The notes under the pieces were generated by a model. It was not told where the DNA came from and did not search any database. It worked only from the letters and a program-made list of their open reading frames with translations. Position numbers and translations under genes: made by a program. This document shows, piece by piece, positions 32,936 through 44,323 of a stretch of DNA of 64,000 nucleotides. The stretch lies in contig CBFFSA010000002.1 in NCBI GenBank assembly GCA_965644495.1, positions 682,001 through 746,000 on the forward strand, in the 5' to 3' direction. Origin of the DNA: Perkinsela sp. CCAP 1560/9. Taxonomy: Eukaryota > Protista > Euglenozoa: Kinetoplastea. Positions within the stretch are counted from its first letter, which is position 1. Each line of letters opens with the position of its first letter.

Positions 32936-34810
32936 ATGGATTCCATACCCCCTTTAATTGGTTTTTATTATGATCTGGTACGTGGTGAGTACTTCAAGGT
33001 GTCCTCCTTGCATCCGGCGCTACGGAGTCACTATTTTTATGACACAGTAGCTGATGAAACTATTTCAGCTTCATGTCTACGTGGTGATCGTTTTTATCTT
33101 TGCCTGCCCCATGGAAAAACAGATCCTACTTTCTGGAGATCCAGAAACAACGCTCCTAGTGTTCCTAGTGTAGGCTCGCAAAAGGTTTTACTGAAGAAAA
33201 AGCAATATGGCGTACAGTGTCATAAACCGGGCAGAAAAGGGAAACATATGCATCATCAAAATTCTTTAAATAATACCAGAAGTCCAGGTTACTGTGCTTC
33301 TCGGAGATTTTCTATCGGGCATGTTTTCTGCTCCGCAAATGTATTCCACACACTTGAGAACATGCGGATGGTCAATTTTACATCTAAAAAATTGAGAAAA
33401 GACAATGTTCCGATGCATAATACCTCTTACTTCTTACCTGGTGCGGTGTTCAGCGATCCGCTAGCAGCATCAATGAATCAATCACGAGACTGTTTAGTAG
33501 CTTCCTCTAGTCCCTCGCAAACTTCTAATTTTTCGTCCCAAATCAGTGGACACGTGAATCACAAGGTACCGGCGATGCATGATTCATCTTATTGCACAGC
33601 AGTGCAGGATATTTGCTTGGCAAGATTAATGCTATGGCGCACGAATCAAAAATTTTATGCTGAAGGTATGAACTTAAACCACCAAACTTTACTGGTTCCA
33701 TGCGGACTAAGAAAGGATCATAATTTTCGAAATTTTCGATCGGCTCTGCTTGGAATGTCTTCCACATACAATGACGACTGCCTCAGAACGGCTATGCTGG
33801 ATAACGGATCTACCCTTCAAATAAATTCGCAACATATTTTCGCGCACTCACAGAAAAGAGTTGATTCCTTGACAACACAGCATACGTTTCCTGAAATCTT
33901 GTTTAATGTTGGGTGGAAGGGGCAATATCCTTACATTGTTTTTCACCACGGCGCAGATATGGTACTAACAAATGACTTTTCCAATTATCCATTAGGTGTA
34001 GATGAGGATTCGTCTCTCGATGAGATTCGGAAGCCAATGGTACGCACAGCGAATCCCTCAAGCGCGCCCTTACACGTTTGTGATCAAGAACGGTTTTTTG
34101 CACTTACAACAAAGCGCGAGGTGTGTGTTTGTGTCGATCCGCTCTGGAATGAGCAGATGGTATTTATTGCAGTTCGCAGAAGACGATGCAACAAAACAGA
34201 TTTTCTGCTGAATCCGACCGCCGTGTGTCGACCTTTCGTATCTTCAAACGGCTTTATACTTGGACGATGCGATGGGTCAATGTGTTATGTGCAGCGCGAG
34301 AATCTTAATCTTCTTTCTCACACGTACTCAGTTGAAAATAGAATATGCACGGCGTACGAAATGCATCATAAAAGAATGCATGTCTTGAGTACGCACCATA
34401 ACTCTGGCTTCCTAGAGATGAAAGCACTTGAAGACTGTACTTTCCTTACTCGATCACGTGACGGGGAATGCTGTCTGTTTGACATACGAAAATCACAATA
34501 TCCCGTTCACATTTACACCACAGGTGACAGATCACGGGCCCTCCAACATGTTGCGCTTGATGTATCACTGCAAGATTCGATACTTTCAGTTGCTTCACCT
34601 TTACGAGAGTCTTCTGAGGCAACGCTTTCCTATTTTCACATTCCCTCTGGATCTCACATCGCTTCATATAGGCTTCCCGTGATGCCTCGGACTGTGGATC
34701 TTACCACTCTAAATAACAAAGACTTATTTACCCAGAGCAATCAGCCAATTTTTAGTTGCACGAGATTGCTCCTTTGTGATGCTAGATTTAAGGGGGTGTT
34801 CGCGATGTAA
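32936..34810 (+). CDS. Divergent WD40 protein, DCAF4/WDR21-like
   Basis: N-terminal GFYYD...YFK motif and a WD/DxR-type repeat (SRDGECCLFDIRK). Confidence 0.6.
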   Translation: MDSIPPLIGFYYDLVRGEYFKVSSLHPALRSHYFYDTVADETISASCLRGDRFYLCLPHGKTDPTFWRSRNNAPSVPSVGSQKVLLKKKQYGVQCHKPGRKGKHMHHQNSLNNTRSPGYCASRRFSIGHVFCSANVFHTLENMRMVNFTSKKLRKDNVPMHNTSYFLPGAVFSDPLAASMNQSRDCLVASSSPSQTSNFSSQISGHVNHKVPAMHDSSYCTAVQDICLARLMLWRTNQKFYAEGMNLNHQTLLVPCGLRKDHNFRNFRSALLGMSSTYNDDCLRTAMLDNGSTLQINSQHIFAHSQKRVDSLTTQHTFPEILFNVGWKGQYPYIVFHHGADMVLTNDFSNYPLGVDEDSSLDEIRKPMVRTANPSSAPLHVCDQERFFALTTKREVCVCVDPLWNEQMVFIAVRRRRCNKTDFLLNPTAVCRPFVSSNGFILGRCDGSMCYVQRENLNLLSHTYSVENRICTAYEMHHKRMHVLSTHHNSGFLEMKALEDCTFLTRSRDGECCLFDIRKSQYPVHIYTTGDRSRALQHVALDVSLQDSILSVASPLRESSEATLSYFHIPSGSHIASYRLPVMPRTVDLTTLNNKDLFTQSNQPIFSCTRLLLCDARFKGVFAM

Positions 34811-35001
34811 AATTTGTTTCGCGATAATACCGAAACATGAAATATCGCTGTACCGTATATCCCCCCAGTAATAGAGGTATGTTTTGGACCAAAATGGCCA
34901 AACCTCTATTGGAATCCCCCTATATGATAATATTGTAGCTTCTCTATTCCTTCATGGTCTAATATCTTCGTGCTAATTTTTTGTCCATATTCCATATCTT
35001 T

Positions 35002-35850
35002 ATGTTTCTCTTAAGTGCTGCGGACAATTTGTCTGTAGGAAAAGCTTCTCGAGTTCGTGGGGCTCTGCTGCCGCAAGAATACGATCTATCTCGGGCACTG
35101 CGTAATGCTTCGAATCTTCAGTCCACGTGGACTACAGATAATTCTGCATGTAAGTGGAAAGGCGTAAAATGTGACTCTGACCTACAGGTTACTGAGATAG
35201 ACTGGAGTTTCAGGGGCCTTGAGGGAACGATTTCATGGAGAGATCTCCCCCGAACACTTCGAGTTCTCATTTTAGGACATTTCTACTCATCATCGGACAA
35301 GAATAGTCTCACAGGATCTCTATCGATTCCTGATTTACCACCGTTACTCAAAACGTTTAACATTATTCACAATGAATTTTGCTGTGAAGTGTCTCTGGAA
35401 TATCTGCCCGCCAACTTAGTATCATTTGAGGCTTCTCAAAATTCCTTCGAAGGCACAGTATCAATTCATGAACTTCCTGTGACACTACTGAGATTAGATC
35501 TTCATATGAATCTTTTCTCAGGGGAGCTAAACTTAGTGAATTTGCCTTCGAACTTGGAACGCCTTTTCATGGCGAATAATATGTTCAGTGAGGGCATAGA
35601 TCTGACGCATCTGCCAAACACGTTAATATACATTGATCTGTCTAATAACAATCTGTGCGGAGAAATAGATTTGTCATCTCTCCCACCATCGCTGAATTTT
35701 ATGTATTTACGTAACAATAAGATTTTCGGACACGTAGACCTCTCCAATGCGCCGGCTTCTCTCTTTCGCGTAGATCTTCTTGGTAACAACATTACGTCTG
35801 TGGCTCCAACTCCGTTTCCAAAAATTTTGCTTTGTGACTATTTTGATTGA
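35002..35850 (+). CDS. Small LRR protein (family member 3)
   Basis: LSAAD leader, ACKWKGVKC cap, ~8 LRRs of 24 aa. Confidence 0.88.
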   Translation: MFLLSAADNLSVGKASRVRGALLPQEYDLSRALRNASNLQSTWTTDNSACKWKGVKCDSDLQVTEIDWSFRGLEGTISWRDLPRTLRVLILGHFYSSSDKNSLTGSLSIPDLPPLLKTFNIIHNEFCCEVSLEYLPANLVSFEASQNSFEGTVSIHELPVTLLRLDLHMNLFSGELNLVNLPSNLERLFMANNMFSEGIDLTHLPNTLIYIDLSNNNLCGEIDLSSLPPSLNFMYLRNNKIFGHVDLSNAPASLFRVDLLGNNITSVAPTPFPKILLCDYFD

Positions 35851-36169
35851 TATCGGGTTCTTCCTTTCTTAGACAAAGTTCTTCACTCATTAGGGGATAG
35901 GGCAAACTAAAAACAATCACAGCCACCTATTTCTACAGGGTTTTGAGAGGGGGTTAATTTATATGTATAGAAATTAAGGAGAGGAATAGTATGTTATACT
36001 TATGTTGTCCTCATATGCTTAATTACCATGCAACATACATCGTATGTTGTATAAACTAAATAATTTGCTGTTCAATACTTTGTTATATGCGCAAACCTAA
36101 AAATTGAGTAAATTTGAGTAAAAATTGAGTAAATTGGCTTTAAGAAATAGTTTTCGTGTTTTCACGAGA

Positions 36170-37090
36170 ATGGTTGCCGACCGTTTCACCACTTTCGCTT
36201 CCCCTAAAACATTGGTTATCAAGAACGTCGGAGTTTCAAGCCAAGGTCGCTCTCCTATCGAATCCTCGAGAGTTTGCCATGAGATAGAGAGGAAGTATAA
36301 AATATCTCAAATCCCGGAAATGTGCTTTGACCAGAATTTTGCACACTTTGACTTTTATTCTGAAAACCCTTCAAATCAGGAAAGTCGTACACATCCTATA
36401 TTTTCGCTTCGCTTTACTCTACGTGGGGCATTAAAAAATGCTGCAAAATATCACAGTGACGAGTCGTATGCGAAGGATCCTCTCCACGTTTCCCAAGCAT
36501 CAGCGTGGAACAAAAAACGTGTGACGCACAGCAATGACGAGTCCAACACCTTCACAGAAGGCATAGATGATGAAACAGTAACACCATATAATCCAGGGAT
36601 TGATTGGACCTTTCGTGGCAAATACATGGGAGATTGGCGGCGAATTCCAAGTAAAGGTTCTACCAAGAAAGAATATTCTAACGTAGATTCAAATTTCTTG
36701 GTTCCAATAAAAGTTACTGGAATCAAATATGAAGATCTACGAAAAACGGATGGCAATATTATACTACAAGACACTGTTGAGCTATTTGAAGATGATTTAC
36801 ACGATTGCGGGATGGTGTGCATGACACTTCGGTACCGCGTGATGTCGAACTGTCTTTTCATACGTTTACGATACTATTTGAGAATCGAGAATGTGGTCGT
36901 AATTCTCCGTGATGTGCGTTGGTACTACCAATTTTCTGAAAGCAGAATATTTGTTGACGTTACAGAGAAACGTGCTTCGCTTCCAATTCCGAATATTGAA
37001 TCTCGTGAATTACAAGACTCTGAGAACGTAGAAAGAATACTCTCTCCGAGATTGTATGAGACATACGCGATAGATCTTTTCAGTGCTTAA
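36170..37090 (+). CDS. TIP41: TIP41/TIPRL PP2A-family regulator
   Basis: IPEMCF..N, DWTF, LFEDDLHDCG, RVM..CLFIRLRYYLRIENV. Confidence 0.9.
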   Translation: MVADRFTTFASPKTLVIKNVGVSSQGRSPIESSRVCHEIERKYKISQIPEMCFDQNFAHFDFYSENPSNQESRTHPIFSLRFTLRGALKNAAKYHSDESYAKDPLHVSQASAWNKKRVTHSNDESNTFTEGIDDETVTPYNPGIDWTFRGKYMGDWRRIPSKGSTKKEYSNVDSNFLVPIKVTGIKYEDLRKTDGNIILQDTVELFEDDLHDCGMVCMTLRYRVMSNCLFIRLRYYLRIENVVVILRDVRWYYQFSESRIFVDVTEKRASLPIPNIESRELQDSENVERILSPRLYETYAIDLFSA

Positions 37091-37426
37091 TCAATGTTTA
37101 CCCAATGCGGTAAACTTTACTGCACCCTTCCATTTAAGTGCATCTCACTTTGGGGGAAAAGTACGCTTCGATGTCTTGGACCCTGTATGGCTATGAAAAT
37201 TTCAGGAGCGCTTAGACACACCGTTTAGATCAGTCTATCATCCCCCTTATCCTAGCGTTGCCCTGGTACCCCCCCTCATTGGTGTTGCTTTTGGGAATTT
37301 TTTGAAACAAACAAAACAATGTAAACTGAATGTTGTATAAAGTATTGTATATTATGAATTGAGAGATTTTTAATCAACTGCAGAGAAGATTTATAGTAAC
37401 AGTGATATTATTCCACTTAGGTCCAT

Positions 37427-38023
37427 ATGTTTCGTCGGGCTTTTCTTCGTTATACCGCAGAAAACCCGTACAAAGTACTGGGGATTCGCCCCGGAGCTTC
37501 AAAAGAGGAAGTTAAAAAAGCTTACCGTAGGCTTGCACGCGAGCACCACCCTGATGCCCCAGGTGGATCTCATGAAAGTTTTCAAAGGATTTCCATGGCC
37601 TACGAGCAGGTAAAGGACGGTATATGGATTCCGAAGGGAGACAGCTCAGGGGGCGGCGGAAACACCGATCGCTACAGTCACTTTCGATACACTACCTCCG
37701 GTTCGAGTCGAGCGCGTTCCTACGAGGATTTCTACAAAGAGATGCACACCGGACGCACACGCCCCGCAGAAGATGATGACGAGGTCCTGATGGGTGGAAG
37801 TCGCAAGCGAAATTACGTAGGTGCGAATCCACGAGTTCAGGCGTGGTTTCGTCTTGTTCTTCTGTGGTCTTCTCTGTACGTCACCATGCGGATTGTGCTA
37901 CTGATGATATTCCCTCCATCTGCGCCGGGAAGAGCAGGCAATGCTGGGCGGTTAGGAGTCCCACGCAAGCCTCCACCCCCGAAGCCACTACCGGGAATGA
38001 CTCCGATTAATCCAACGTATTGA
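37427..38023 (+). CDS. J-domain (DnaJ) protein with C-terminal TM segment, probably mitochondrial
   Basis: MFRR presequence-like start, NPYKVLG...HHPD...FQRISMAYE, hydrophobic segment near the C-terminus. Confidence 0.88.
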   Translation: MFRRAFLRYTAENPYKVLGIRPGASKEEVKKAYRRLAREHHPDAPGGSHESFQRISMAYEQVKDGIWIPKGDSSGGGGNTDRYSHFRYTTSGSSRARSYEDFYKEMHTGRTRPAEDDDEVLMGGSRKRNYVGANPRVQAWFRLVLLWSSLYVTMRIVLLMIFPPSAPGRAGNAGRLGVPRKPPPPKPLPGMTPINPTY

Positions 38024-38291
38024 ATTTTCTATTGATAAGTGCTCGAATGAAACCAGTCATATGCTTCCACGATAACCCTCCAAAACTTCTTATTTAGTTG
38101 AAGCTCACAACTTGCATTTTTTTTTGAAACTCTTTGAAAAACACGAATACTTGATAGGATACGATATCGACATTTCTTAATACACTCTTATTTTATTTTC
38201 GATATATTTATTATCACTGCATTAATTTCTTGTACACCATATTTTCTGCATTTCTTATTTTTTAAGTGGTCAATAGTTTTCGTGCTGTACT

Positions 38292-40655
38292 ATGAATTCG
38301 GAGTCTTCCACGCTGCATAAACCCAGTAGTGTCTTCGAGGGTGATCACACTCGAAATTATTCGACTTTTGTGCTAGTGTCGCACGATAGTAGTCCGACAG
38401 GCCGGACAAGTACCCGCAGTCCTACCAGTACTCGAAAATCTACGTCTTTTCATCGCAAGTTCCGTTGCAAGATGGGAAACATGCTAAAACAATACCAAGA
38501 GCAGTGCGCTCGGACAACTGGCGCTTGGGTAAGCGAAAAGACAAAACAGAGGATACAATCTTTTCGGACACGATTGTACACCCCCCGATTCGTCTTGGGG
38601 CTTTTTATGACAATGAATTTTCTTACCTATTATGACCGCGGGGTACTGGCCGCCGCTCTGCCTCACATTAAAACAGATCACTACATCGCCCGGTACGGCA
38701 TTCTCAGCAGTGTCCAGGGAGGGAGTCTAGTGAGTATCTTCATGGCGGGGTATATGGCTATGTGCCCCATCTTCGCAATGGGGGAACGGTGGATGCGACC
38801 CACCCGGATCGTATCCCTTGGGTTATTGATATGGACCATGGCTGCCATGTCTTGTGCCATGGTCACCACCTTCTCCGGACTCGCGGTGGCCCGGGGTCTG
38901 GTTGGGATCGGTGAGGCGGCCTATGCGGGCTTTGCGTGTACCATCATCGACGACATGGCCCCGAAATCCTCCCGAACGCTCTGGATTGGGCTCTACTTTT
39001 CTATGCTCGCCGTAGGCCAGGCCGCCGGGATGGCCATGGGAGGTATCATTAGCCAAGTCACCGCGGGGAGCTTCACGGGGTGGCGCTTGGCTTTCCTCAC
39101 CGAGGGTATCGCCATGCTTCCCATTCTCGTTCTTGTCTTTCTCCTGCCGCTGTCCTACAACCCCGCGCGTCACCATGTCACCTCCCATGTGGTGGCGGAA
39201 CCCGATTTCGTGCACCACCTCGTGGGAGAGCCGATGGACTACATTGCGGTGCAGAAGGAGCAGGAAGCGGAGGAGGAGTTCGAGGTACTTCGCACCGCAC
39301 GTAGGGAACGGCGACGGGAGCGGGTGCGCTCGACCCCACGCCCCGAGACGGAGAACACCCCACTGCGCTCCCCTCAAGTCCCCCAGCGTAAGGCGTTTTC
39401 CGTGGAGCGTCCCCCCGTGACGGGGGATCACGAGACTTGGCGGTATTCCTTTGAGGAGTCGCCGGAACCCTCGTGTGAGGAAGTGCCACAGTTGGAGCTC
39501 CCCGAGCTCCCAACAAAAGGGCAGCACACCCCCTCCACCCGTACCATCTCCCCCCGAGGAGCGGTTTCCTCCCATAAAGAGGTCACACTCACCCCCTATG
39601 CAACACCCCGGCGACACGATCCACCACAGCCCACCCCCGCCTGGGGCACACGACCCCGGCCGCACCCTGTCGCACGCGACCCCTTGCTGGAGTCCCAGTC
39701 CTCCCGCACCTCACTGGATATCTCCCCGCAGACCCCGCGGGGGGAGGCCGAGTTCACGGATCACGAGGACGGGGGGATGGGCTCCTCTTCCTCTTCTGCT
39801 TCCTCTTCTCTGGATTCGGTCACCGCGGTCTCGCTCGTGGCCCCCCCGCTGCACCCGTGGGAGGCGATCACCGCGCTGGTGACGAACTCCGTGTGGAACT
39901 TCACCGTGCTGGGGTACGCGCTGTTTACCTTTGTGATTGGGGGGATTGCGGTGTGGACGATCACGTACCTCGAGGAGGGACCGCTGCAGCTGGATGAGTG
40001 GTCCGCCTCCGTGTTCTTTGGGATATGCACCGCCGTCACGGGGCTCGTGGGGACCGCAATGGGGGGGAAACTCGTGGACTGGCTTGGGGGGTCGAATGGA
40101 CTTTACGGACTGCGAAACTGTCACCGTATTGATGTCGTGCTTATTGTGTTGGCCTTTCCGTTGGGTTTGGGAGCGTTGATGTGTACGAACCCCTACGCTT
40201 TCTTTGTCCTTATGTTTCTTGGGGAGTTGCTGATCTTCGGGACCTCGGCTCCGGTGAATGCTGCCACGCTTAGTGCTGTGAGCCCCGCTCTACGGACGTA
40301 TGCCATGTCCTTCTCAGTGTTTCTCATCCACCTGCTGGGGGATTTCCCCAGTCCCGTGATAGCGGGAGCCCTTGCGGATCGGTTCAACCGTCAGTGCCGA
40401 GCCCTGGGCCAGAACGAGTCCGAGTGTGTCGCCAATGGGTGTCACTGGATTCGAGCCTCCCACGCCAGTGAGGAGAGTGTCTGTATGAACCGTCTGCAGA
40501 CCCGAAACGCGCTGATTATTATTATGTGTTTTCTGCTGCTGTGTGCCGCGGCGTGGGGTGTGGCCTGGCGCTTGACTGTGCTGAAGATACGACAGGCCAA
40601 AGCACGTGAGGCACAGCCACTGAAAGAGGAAATGACCCTTGTCGTCAAAACGTAG
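38292..40655 (+). CDS. Spinster-family MFS transporter with a long central loop
   Basis: NFLTYYDRG, ARGLVGIGEAAY, IIDDMAP, IHLLGDFPSP; 12-TM pattern; the start could be 38471. Confidence 0.9.
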   Translation: MNSESSTLHKPSSVFEGDHTRNYSTFVLVSHDSSPTGRTSTRSPTSTRKSTSFHRKFRCKMGNMLKQYQEQCARTTGAWVSEKTKQRIQSFRTRLYTPRFVLGLFMTMNFLTYYDRGVLAAALPHIKTDHYIARYGILSSVQGGSLVSIFMAGYMAMCPIFAMGERWMRPTRIVSLGLLIWTMAAMSCAMVTTFSGLAVARGLVGIGEAAYAGFACTIIDDMAPKSSRTLWIGLYFSMLAVGQAAGMAMGGIISQVTAGSFTGWRLAFLTEGIAMLPILVLVFLLPLSYNPARHHVTSHVVAEPDFVHHLVGEPMDYIAVQKEQEAEEEFEVLRTARRERRRERVRSTPRPETENTPLRSPQVPQRKAFSVERPPVTGDHETWRYSFEESPEPSCEEVPQLELPELPTKGQHTPSTRTISPRGAVSSHKEVTLTPYATPRRHDPPQPTPAWGTRPRPHPVARDPLLESQSSRTSLDISPQTPRGEAEFTDHEDGGMGSSSSSASSSLDSVTAVSLVAPPLHPWEAITALVTNSVWNFTVLGYALFTFVIGGIAVWTITYLEEGPLQLDEWSASVFFGICTAVTGLVGTAMGGKLVDWLGGSNGLYGLRNCHRIDVVLIVLAFPLGLGALMCTNPYAFFVLMFLGELLIFGTSAPVNAATLSAVSPALRTYAMSFSVFLIHLLGDFPSPVIAGALADRFNRQCRALGQNESECVANGCHWIRASHASEESVCMNRLQTRNALIIIMCFLLLCAAAWGVAWRLTVLKIRQAKAREAQPLKEEMTLVVKT

Positions 40656-41056
40656 TTTTTCTTTTACTGAGCCATGTGGTTTAACGAGTGTGTGGTAATA
40701 TGCTCACATGTTGTGTATTGGGGAACCACCCGGCACAGAATCTGGCGACAGAATTTAGCTTATCTTTGGTCGGTGTATCTTGCCTCTGTACATGAGGGAC
40801 CATTAGTATTTCGCGAAGACCGTCATCGTAATATTGAGTTCTTGACTCATCACACGGACTTGTAATTGTACGAGTAGTATACAGTAAAAATTGTTTACAC
40901 AAGTTTCTTGCGTGGGCGCATGCCGACGTGAATTAGCCTTTTTAGGAATCAGTGGCAGTATTAAATTTTTCGTATACTAACCTGTAGAAAAATTAGTCAA
41001 GATACTCAACAGTCTCCTGTAGTGTTTCATTTTTTCACTGACTTTTTCCTTGTTCT

Positions 41057-42436
41057 ATGAGTGTACCTGAGAAAAAACAAGACGTTACCAACGTAATTCT
41101 GCCTCTAGAATCCCTTACCGTAAAACAATCAACAAGCGAGCCAGAAACAAAATTTCTCACCACAGGTTCCCACCCCGATGAACCTACCTATACCTCCATA
41201 TGGGCTCGACAGAAAAAAGAGATTGAGAAACACAACATGGAAACTGAATCCGCAAACTCCAGCCGACCTCACTTGTTTTGGGACACCCAACCCGTGACAC
41301 GCGCAGGCGAGGCTGTTCCCCACGAAGGTCCTATGCGAACCGTCGACCCCGCAGCCCTACGCGCGGATCCCTACCCCCTCGCCAACACCCTCCACTGGTG
41401 CACACTCGATGTCGTACACAACCCCACCCACCTCTCTGAGCTACACGAGCTGCTGCTCCACCACTACGTGGAGGACGACGACGCGATGTTTCGGTTTCAG
41501 TACCCCACCGCGTTCCTACGCTGGGCGCTGACCCCGCCGCGGTATGACCCCAGCTGGCACATCGGGGTACGTCGTGTCTTCGATGGCACCCTGCTCGCGA
41601 GTATCACCGCGGTGCCGTGTACGGTACGGCTCGGGGACCGCATCCACACCGTAGTGGAGATTAACTTTCTGTGTATTCACCACAAACTACGTGAGAAACG
41701 ACTGGCACCAATTCTTATCAAAGAGATCACGCGGCGTGTGAACCACCGGGGTATTTTCTATGCCGTATTCACCAGCGGTACCCCCCTGACGGTACCTGTG
41801 GCCAAGTGTCGGTACTGGCACCGACCGCTGCACCCGGAGAAACTCCTGGAGGTGGGGTTCTCGAAGATTCCAGAGGCTTTTATGAAACGGTTTAAGAACC
41901 CGCTGGGGATGACACGGCGACATTATGCTCTCCCCGCACAGGGGACAGTGTCGTATCTCCGGGTAATGCGCCCGGGTGATGTTAGCGCTGTTCAACGGGT
42001 GCTGCAGAATGACTTAAAAAAGTACGCTCTCACGCCACACTTCTCAGAAGAGGAGGTCGCGCACTGGCTGCTTCCTGTGGGTAATGTGTTACACACGTAC
42101 GTACGGGAAGTACCGGGGGAGGGGGTCACGGATCTGATGAGCTTTTATGTCCTGCCCAGCACCATTACGGGGAATGCCAAACATGAGGAGCTTCGCGTGG
42201 CGTATTCGTACTACCACGTCGCGAACACAGTGAGTTTAAAAGAGCTTTTTCAGGAAGCTTTGATACGAGCCTCTAAGGAGCGTTGTGATGTGTATAACGC
42301 ACTTGATATGATGGATAATGCGAGAGTTTTTGAAGACCTCAAGTTCGGAATGGGTGATGGATACCTTCAATACTATCTTTTTAACTGGCATCTGCCTCAA
42401 CTGCCTCCATCTCGGATAGGTCTTGTGATGCTATAA
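41057..42436 (+). CDS. NMT: Glycylpeptide N-myristoyltransferase
   Basis: FWDTQPV, HYVEDDDAMFRF, EINFLCIH..LREKRLAP.LIKEITRR, KFGMGDG.LQYYLFNW, ends GLVML. Confidence 0.97.
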   Translation: MSVPEKKQDVTNVILPLESLTVKQSTSEPETKFLTTGSHPDEPTYTSIWARQKKEIEKHNMETESANSSRPHLFWDTQPVTRAGEAVPHEGPMRTVDPAALRADPYPLANTLHWCTLDVVHNPTHLSELHELLLHHYVEDDDAMFRFQYPTAFLRWALTPPRYDPSWHIGVRRVFDGTLLASITAVPCTVRLGDRIHTVVEINFLCIHHKLREKRLAPILIKEITRRVNHRGIFYAVFTSGTPLTVPVAKCRYWHRPLHPEKLLEVGFSKIPEAFMKRFKNPLGMTRRHYALPAQGTVSYLRVMRPGDVSAVQRVLQNDLKKYALTPHFSEEEVAHWLLPVGNVLHTYVREVPGEGVTDLMSFYVLPSTITGNAKHEELRVAYSYYHVANTVSLKELFQEALIRASKERCDVYNALDMMDNARVFEDLKFGMGDGYLQYYLFNWHLPQLPPSRIGLVML

Positions 42437-43194
42437 CTAGTGAGTTTAACGAATAGCTGTTTTCTGTCCTACCTCGCTCATGTACGAAAGGTTACGAGTG
42501 ACACTTTGTGAACTCGTTTACTTTTGCATGGTGCAAAAATTGTAAAAATGATAGCAGTGGTAAGACTCTTACCAGACTACTCTTAAAGAGGTGTAGACAA
42601 ACGCCTGTAAAAGGAAAATAAAGAATGCTTCACCGAATAAACGGCAAGGCGTGTTCCTTTACTTGCATGTGAAACAGAATGAGCAGTTTGGGAATGCTTC
42701 GCGGTTGGGCACCACTTTGTAACTTTTGCTCGGAATTTTTTTACAGGATTGAGTGAGTAGTCCATTATCACATTATGAAAAATTATTCGGCTTACTGTAT
42801 TTGGCTTACTGAATGCCATTCAGTAACATATTTTTAAATTAACTTTAAAAGTCGTTGCACTTCAGTCAAGTTACTGAACTTACCCGCTTTACCCACGTTT
42901 ACCCGCTCGATGACAGGAACTGAAAAGTTGTACCTTAAATGATTTTGATTCATTTCTTTTTGTATTGGAGAGTGTGCAGTAGGTCTGTGTAAGTTCGTGT
43001 TGGTCCGTGACGAGCTGTGTAGGTACGTGTAGGTTCGTGGTAATCCGTGTAGGTTCGTGTAGGTTTTTTTGACATTTTTTGAGAAGGTTATTTGGCTCGG
43101 CCGCTAGGATGATTGCATGTAGGTAAAGTATACCGAATTAAACTACTGTCCGGGTTAATATTCCTGGTAGGAATATTAAGAAGGTACAGGAATA

Positions 43195-43902
43195 CACCCC
43201 CGCCAAAAAGTACTGTCCACAAAAATGGCCGACACAAAAATCATTGTATTTATTAGTATCGACCATTTTTTTGAGTTTTGACCAGAATTTTATTTTTTTC
43301 TCGAACTTTCCAGAAATTTACATAATGAGTTCTGATATACGCGGCCACTTGATCGTGGAGAGCGTCGTTTCAGAGCTTATCCAAGACGCAACTTCATCTC
43401 GAGGGCAGCTGAGTGATGATCACCGCGAATGGTTGTTCGCGCAGACCCGTGGAAACTTCAACCGCGACAACGTGAAGGTTACGTTCGAGAAAAAATTCAA
43501 GCGCAACGTTTCTGCCTCAATAATAAGTTTCTACAAAGGCTTGGATTCATTAAATAAAGTTGGAAATCGAGGTCGTGCCCCTATGCTTTCTCCATCTGAA
43601 AATGAACTTTTACTCAGTGCTTTTCTAAAGCTTCGAGAAACTGGAACTGCCGTACGTGCATCTTTAGTGGCGGGCGCCGCGCATGGCATCAAAGAAAAGA
43701 GCACCCCAGGCTCTACTACAAGCGACGGTGGAAGGCTGAAATTGGTGCTATTTTGAAAATAGCAGGATCCCATATGATAAAGTCCAACTTTTTGGAAGCC
43801 AGTAGCAACTCGTGGAAATCGACAAAAAGTATTGTATTTATTAGTATCGACCACGAATATTTGGTCGATACTAATAAATTACAATACTTTTTGGCGGGGG
43901 TG
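43195..43902 (+). mobile_element. pogo/Tc5-like deletion derivative with a CENP-B-type HTH fragment (43326-43756)
   Basis: TIR cacccccgccaaaaagta at both ends with TA flanks; RGRAPMLS..E..L...LRETG.AV....V...A.GI. Confidence 0.75.
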
Positions 43903-44323
43903 TATAACGAGGTATAGGAATATTAGAAAATTAGCAGAAAAGGGCCAAAACATCTTTCGCGCCGCGACGGGGCGCGATCTTTGATCTTGTGCTCGTTTGG
44001 GTCTTGTGTGTGCTTGGGGCTTGCTATTTTGATGAAAGAATCATACAAAAAGGGGATTTTCGAGGGGTGAGTTGTGTGGATCTCAAGCAAAGACACGGTA
44101 GTTGTCGGGGAGAGGAGAAGATAAAGATGCAGCTTCTGTACCTTGTTGGTACTTTTTCCTTAGTTCATCTTTGTTTCCCCGGCAACGGGTATACTCTTAC
44201 TGTATTTTTATGCCCGTTGCCGGCCGGCACTAAGGCCGAAACTGTCCCTCTTTGTCGTGGAAGTAGGGGACGTACTTCCGACTCTTCACCCCTCCCCGGC
44301 TCACTCCTCGAGTGAGTTTACTT

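Noticed and set aside
17560-40124. Long antisense or alternate-frame ORFs over RPS4, MTR4, GTPBP1, CNNM and MFS
   Set aside because: Shadow ORFs caused by stop-codon depletion in GC-rich islands; no protein motifs.
42851-42865. gtcgttgcacttcag resembling an IS30-type right end
   Set aside because: Too short, with no partner IR or transposase remnant.
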